DNA of 64,000 nt, from the NCBI GenBank assembly GCA_022709525.1, contig JAKLIQ010000001.1, forward strand, positions 210,679-274,678. Reading direction: 5' to 3'. Below are positions 60,474-64,000 of this stretch, piece after piece. The translations under genes were made by a program, and so were the position numbers. A model generated the notes under the pieces. The model worked only from the letters and a program-made list of their open reading frames with translations, was not told the DNA's origin and did not search any database. The DNA is from Candidatus Omnitrophota bacterium. Lineage in GTDB: Bacteria; Omnitrophota; Omnitrophia; Omnitrophales; Aquincolibacteriaceae. Position 1 is the first letter of the stretch. The number at the start of each line of letters is the position of its first letter.

Positions 60474-62363
60474 ATGACGCAATGGATCGATAAAATAAAG
60501 TGCCCGCAGGACCTGAAACAGGTGCCTTTGGAAAAACTGCCCGAGGTCGCGCAGGAATACCGTCATTTCCTGATCGAATCCGTGGCTAAAACGGGCGGTC
60601 ATCTGGGCGCAAGTCTCGGCGCGCTTGAGCTGAGCATTGCCCTCCATTATGTTCTGAACTCCCCGGAAGATAAGATCTGCTGGGATGTCGGCCATCAAGC
60701 GTATGTCCATAAAATGATCACGGGCCGCAAGGACCGGATGCAAACGCTTCGCCAGCCGGGCGGTTTGAGCGGGTTTCCGGCGCCCTGGGAAAGTCCGCAT
60801 GACCCTTTTATCGTCGGCCATGCTGGCACAGCGATCACCCAAGCCCTCGGGCTTGCCGCAGCGAGGGATCTCCGGCAGGGGAGCGAAAAAGTCGTTGCTG
60901 TCGTCGGCGACGGGGCGATGACCGCGGGGCTTTCTTACGAAGCGCTCAATAGCGCCGGGCATCTGAAAAAGAACATGCTGATCGTTCTCAATGATAACGA
61001 GATGTCCATCGCGAAGAACGTGGGCGCGATGAGCCGTTATCTGAACCGCGTGATCACGAACCCTCTTTACAACCGCATCCGCGGAGAAGTCGAAAAGCAG
61101 CTCAAACGTTTTCCTCGCCTCAAGAAATTCTCCAATGCCTCCCTTGAGGGCATGAAACATCTTTTTGTTCCGGGCATCATTTTTGAAGAGCTCGGATTCC
61201 GGTATTTTGGCCCCGTCGACGGCCATGATGTTATTGGCCTGGTGAAAACTTTGCGTGATATTCTGACTCTCAATACTTGCAGCATTCTTCATATCCTCAC
61301 AAAAAAAGGCAAAGGATGCGCCTTCGCCGAAAAAGACGAAGAAAAAGGCCACGGCGTCGGTCCGTTCGATGTCAAGACCGGAGAAAAGATCGAAACCGTT
61401 TCCTCCCAGGAAGAGGCCTCAGACGTTTCCTATACCCGCGCTTTCGCTGATGCCCTTTCCAAGCAGGCGCGCCGCAATCCCAAGGTCGTCGCCATTACCG
61501 CGGCTATGCCTTCCGGCACGGGCCTTCTTCATTTCCAGAAAGAATTCCCGGAACGTTTTTTTGATGTCGGGATCGCGGAGCAGCACGCCGTATCTTTTGC
61601 CGGGGCCCTGGCCCGCGGCGGCCTAAAACCCGTAGTGGCGATCTATTCTTCATTCCTGCAGAGGTCCCATGATTCGGTCATGCATGACGCGGCCCTTCAA
61701 AGACAGGGTATCGTGCTCGGGATCGACCGCGCAGGGCTCGTCGGCGCCGACGGCGCCACGCACCAGGGGATCTTTGATATGGCCTACCTGGGGTCCGTGC
61801 CCGGCATTGTCCTGGCTTCCCCGGTCGACGAATACGAAATGGAAAAAATGATGGAACTCGCGCTAAGCCATCCCTCGGTTTTCGCGATCCGCTATCCACG
61901 GGCTTATATCCCCAAAATGTTCGATGCTTTCCCAAAAAAAGGTTTTGAAACAGGAGAGGGCGAAGTGCTTTTTGAAGGCGAAGATGTGACGCTGCTTGCC
62001 CTCGGGAGCATGGTGGAAGCGGCTTGTAAAGCCCGCGCGTTCCTCGAAAAAGAGGGCGTTTCGGCGCGCGTCGTCAATATGCGTTTCGCGCGACCGCTTG
62101 ATGAGCAGATCATCCTCGATTCCCTGCAAAAAACAAAAATCCTTTTCACGCTGGAAGAGCATGTCGCCACGGGCGGCTTCGGCTCGAAAGTCCTGGAATT
62201 TCTCGAAGAAAAAAATATTCGCCACATGCCGCTCAAACGCCTGGCCCTTCCCGATGAATTCATTGAGCACGGCGCCCGCGAAGCGCAATTGGATGAATTC
62301 GGCCTCTCGCCCGAAAAGATCGCCGCCTCGGTCCTCAAAGAGCTCTCCCGCCAGACAAAGTAA
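60474..62363 (+). CDS. dxs: 1-deoxy-D-xylulose-5-phosphate synthase
   Basis: ThDP motif 'GDGAMTAG...NDN'; 629 aa. Confidence 0.9.
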   Translation: MTQWIDKIKCPQDLKQVPLEKLPEVAQEYRHFLIESVAKTGGHLGASLGALELSIALHYVLNSPEDKICWDVGHQAYVHKMITGRKDRMQTLRQPGGLSGFPAPWESPHDPFIVGHAGTAITQALGLAAARDLRQGSEKVVAVVGDGAMTAGLSYEALNSAGHLKKNMLIVLNDNEMSIAKNVGAMSRYLNRVITNPLYNRIRGEVEKQLKRFPRLKKFSNASLEGMKHLFVPGIIFEELGFRYFGPVDGHDVIGLVKTLRDILTLNTCSILHILTKKGKGCAFAEKDEEKGHGVGPFDVKTGEKIETVSSQEEASDVSYTRAFADALSKQARRNPKVVAITAAMPSGTGLLHFQKEFPERFFDVGIAEQHAVSFAGALARGGLKPVVAIYSSFLQRSHDSVMHDAALQRQGIVLGIDRAGLVGADGATHQGIFDMAYLGSVPGIVLASPVDEYEMEKMMELALSHPSVFAIRYPRAYIPKMFDAFPKKGFETGEGEVLFEGEDVTLLALGSMVEAACKARAFLEKEGVSARVVNMRFARPLDEQIILDSLQKTKILFTLEEHVATGGFGSKVLEFLEEKNIRHMPLKRLALPDEFIEHGAREAQLDEFGLSPEKIAASVLKELSRQTK

Positions 62364-62455
62364 AGCACTAGTATTATTTTATGCAGATAGCAAAATCGTA
62401 CCAAGTACACAGGGGACAGATTAATCGAGATATTTTAAAAAGGGAGGTAAAACGC

Positions 62456-62620
62456 ATGCAAGCCAATGAAGCTGAAAGGCTCCGCAAAGAATGGGGCGCA
62501 AAACCTTGTGAGCATCCTAAATGGGAAAAAGAGTATATTTTAGGCTCGGACACAGGTGATAAAGTCTGTTCACAATGCGGAGCATTAGATTACGACATTA
62601 AGAATAAGAAAAAAGGATAG
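62456..62620 (+). CDS. Small zinc-ribbon protein (54 aa) in the AT-rich patch
   Basis: Strong RBS AAGGGAGGT. 'CEHPKW...CSQCG'. The ORF-track start at 62381 has no RBS. Confidence 0.35.
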   Translation: MQANEAERLRKEWGAKPCEHPKWEKEYILGSDTGDKVCSQCGALDYDIKNKKKG

Positions 62621-62621
62621 A

Positions 62622-63704
62622 TTGACATCGAGTTGCTTATTTCTCAATAAAATGTCCAGAATACCAGCAGAGGAATTTCAACAACTTTATTGTGATAAAA
62701 AAATGAAGATGAGCGAAATAGCAGCTCATTTCAATACTACTATTTATTATCTGCATCGATTAAGAAAGCGTTACGGCATTCCTAGGCGAAATAAAGGAGA
62801 GCCAAATTTTAAACCTGAAACTTTAAAAAAAATCGAAACCATTAATGAGCTTTATCTGCAAGGCCTACACCCGCGAGTAATTGCCGAAAACCTAGGCATT
62901 ACAGAGAAAGCCTTGCGAACATTTTGTTGGATTCATCAGATTAAAAGCAAAGGACAGCAATATTGGTCCCCTTATTCCATAAATGAAAGATTTTTCTCAA
63001 ATTGGTCTAATGAAATGGCGTGGGCGCTTGGTTGGATTCTTACAGATGGCGTCATAGTTTTTCAAGGAATAGTCCATCAACTAAAGTTTCAAATCACAGA
63101 TAAAGAAGTAGTGGAAAAAATACGCACTATTATGGGGTCAACGCATCCAATAACCGATGTAAAACCATACGGCAATTCAAAAAAAGTGCAATATCGTATT
63201 TTAATATCTAACCAAAACATCATAAAAGATCTAGCCAGATTAAACATTGTTAAAAGGAAAAGCTTAATCGTGAAAATGCCCGAAATGCCCGCAGAGTATT
63301 TTGGTCATTTTTTACGGGGAGTTTTTGAAGGCGATGGATCTATTCATATTAACCACCGAAGCAAAAGCGGTGAGCCTTCCTACCGAGTAAAAATTGTTTC
63401 TGGATCAAAGCTTTTCATCGAAGGACTTCAACGCAAAATGATTGAATTGCATGGACTAAGTAGCTCATTACATAAAGATAGGGCCAGAGAATTTTACGAA
63501 CTGAACTGGAATAGTGCGAATGATATTTACAAAATGGGCCGCATTATGTATGAAGGCGTCAGTGACAATTTAATTTTAGCGAGAAAGCGGAATATATTTC
63601 ATGAGTTTCAAACAACGCAATACAAAAGATTCTTAGACAAACGTAAAATGGTACAAGGTGCAGCGGAAGCCCCGCACCATAAGTCTGCGGGGCAAGCAGG
63701 TTGA
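62622..63704 (+). CDS. Free-standing two-motif LAGLIDADG homing-endonuclease-like protein with N-terminal HTH domains
   Basis: 'LGWILTDGVI' and 'LRGVFEGDGSI' LAGLIDADG motifs. HTH 'MSEIAAHFNTTIYYLHRLRKRYGI'. AT-rich codon usage. Start TTG 62622 or ATG 62652. Confidence 0.7.
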   Translation: MTSSCLFLNKMSRIPAEEFQQLYCDKKMKMSEIAAHFNTTIYYLHRLRKRYGIPRRNKGEPNFKPETLKKIETINELYLQGLHPRVIAENLGITEKALRTFCWIHQIKSKGQQYWSPYSINERFFSNWSNEMAWALGWILTDGVIVFQGIVHQLKFQITDKEVVEKIRTIMGSTHPITDVKPYGNSKKVQYRILISNQNIIKDLARLNIVKRKSLIVKMPEMPAEYFGHFLRGVFEGDGSIHINHRSKSGEPSYRVKIVSGSKLFIEGLQRKMIELHGLSSSLHKDRAREFYELNWNSANDIYKMGRIMYEGVSDNLILARKRNIFHEFQTTQYKRFLDKRKMVQGAAEAPHHKSAGQAG

Positions 63705-63740
63705 TTTTGAATAACTTTTCTTATTCCGGCTGGAGTTTTT

Positions 63741-63953
63741 ATGAATGAAATTCCTTTTACCCCCGCGGGAGAATTCATAGAGCTTTTCAAGCTTCTCAAG
63801 GCGACTGGTCTTTGCGACAGCGGGGGATTGGCCAAATATGCGATCGCGAATTCTCAGGTCAAAGTCGACGGCCAAATAGAAACCCGCAAAGCCTGCAAGA
63901 TCCGCCAAGGTCAACGGGTCGAGTTCTCCGGCCATACCATCCTGGTCCGGTAA
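63741..63953 (+). CDS. S4-domain RNA-binding protein (YbcJ-like)
   Basis: 'GLAKYAIANSQVKVDGQIETRKACKIRQGQRVEF'. Confidence 0.7.
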   Translation: MNEIPFTPAGEFIELFKLLKATGLCDSGGLAKYAIANSQVKVDGQIETRKACKIRQGQRVEFSGHTILVR

Positions 63954-64000
63954 TCCACATTTCCTCTCCTGAAAAGGCATGTTCTGGCCGTTAAATACCA

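Overview
This 64-kb window reads as chromosomal DNA from a Gram-negative bacterium (it carries LptF/G and an RND exporter). The backbone is roughly 55-60% GC with sharply AT-rich patches. DapL, OmcB-like DUF11 lipoproteins and 23S-IVS-family genes would fit a PVC-group or candidate-phylum organism, but that is an inference. Core content: two tandem paralogous sensor kinases, a third sensor kinase, three response regulators, a PlsC+HAD-IB pair, rmlC, an RND/MMPL exporter, glgC, lptF/G, comF, rpsU, hisS-aspS-phoH-ybeY-recO, dapL-folK-panC-(IVS gene)-panD-aspDH-uvrA, cutA, comEA, glyQ-glyS-ppdK-sigma70-apt, MTHFS, xseA-xseB-ispA-dxs, and tRNA-Tyr, tRNA-Thr and tRNA-Arg. Accessory or unusual content: (1) an ~7.7-kb integrase-bearing element inserted in the 3' end of tRNA-Tyr, bounded by a 17-bp direct repeat and carrying XRE/ImmA-like regulators, a tape-measure-like gene and a terminase-small-like gene; (2) a family of GGGACTCGGGACTAG palindromic REP/MITE-like elements at >=7 loci, two inserted in-frame into the ATP-binding domains of the paralogous kinases and one supplying the stop codon of a DUF167 gene; (3) two OmcB-like cysteine-rich DUF11 lipoprotein paralogs plus three paralogous small secreted proteins; (4) a MazEF-like toxin-antitoxin pair with palindromic operators; (5) a free-standing two-motif LAGLIDADG endonuclease with HTH domains in an AT-rich patch after dxs; (6) two 23S-IVS-family four-helix-bundle genes, one bracketed and pierced by a TCAAATTTGA palindrome; (7) sensor kinases whose AT-rich sensor halves are fused to GC-rich kinase cores.
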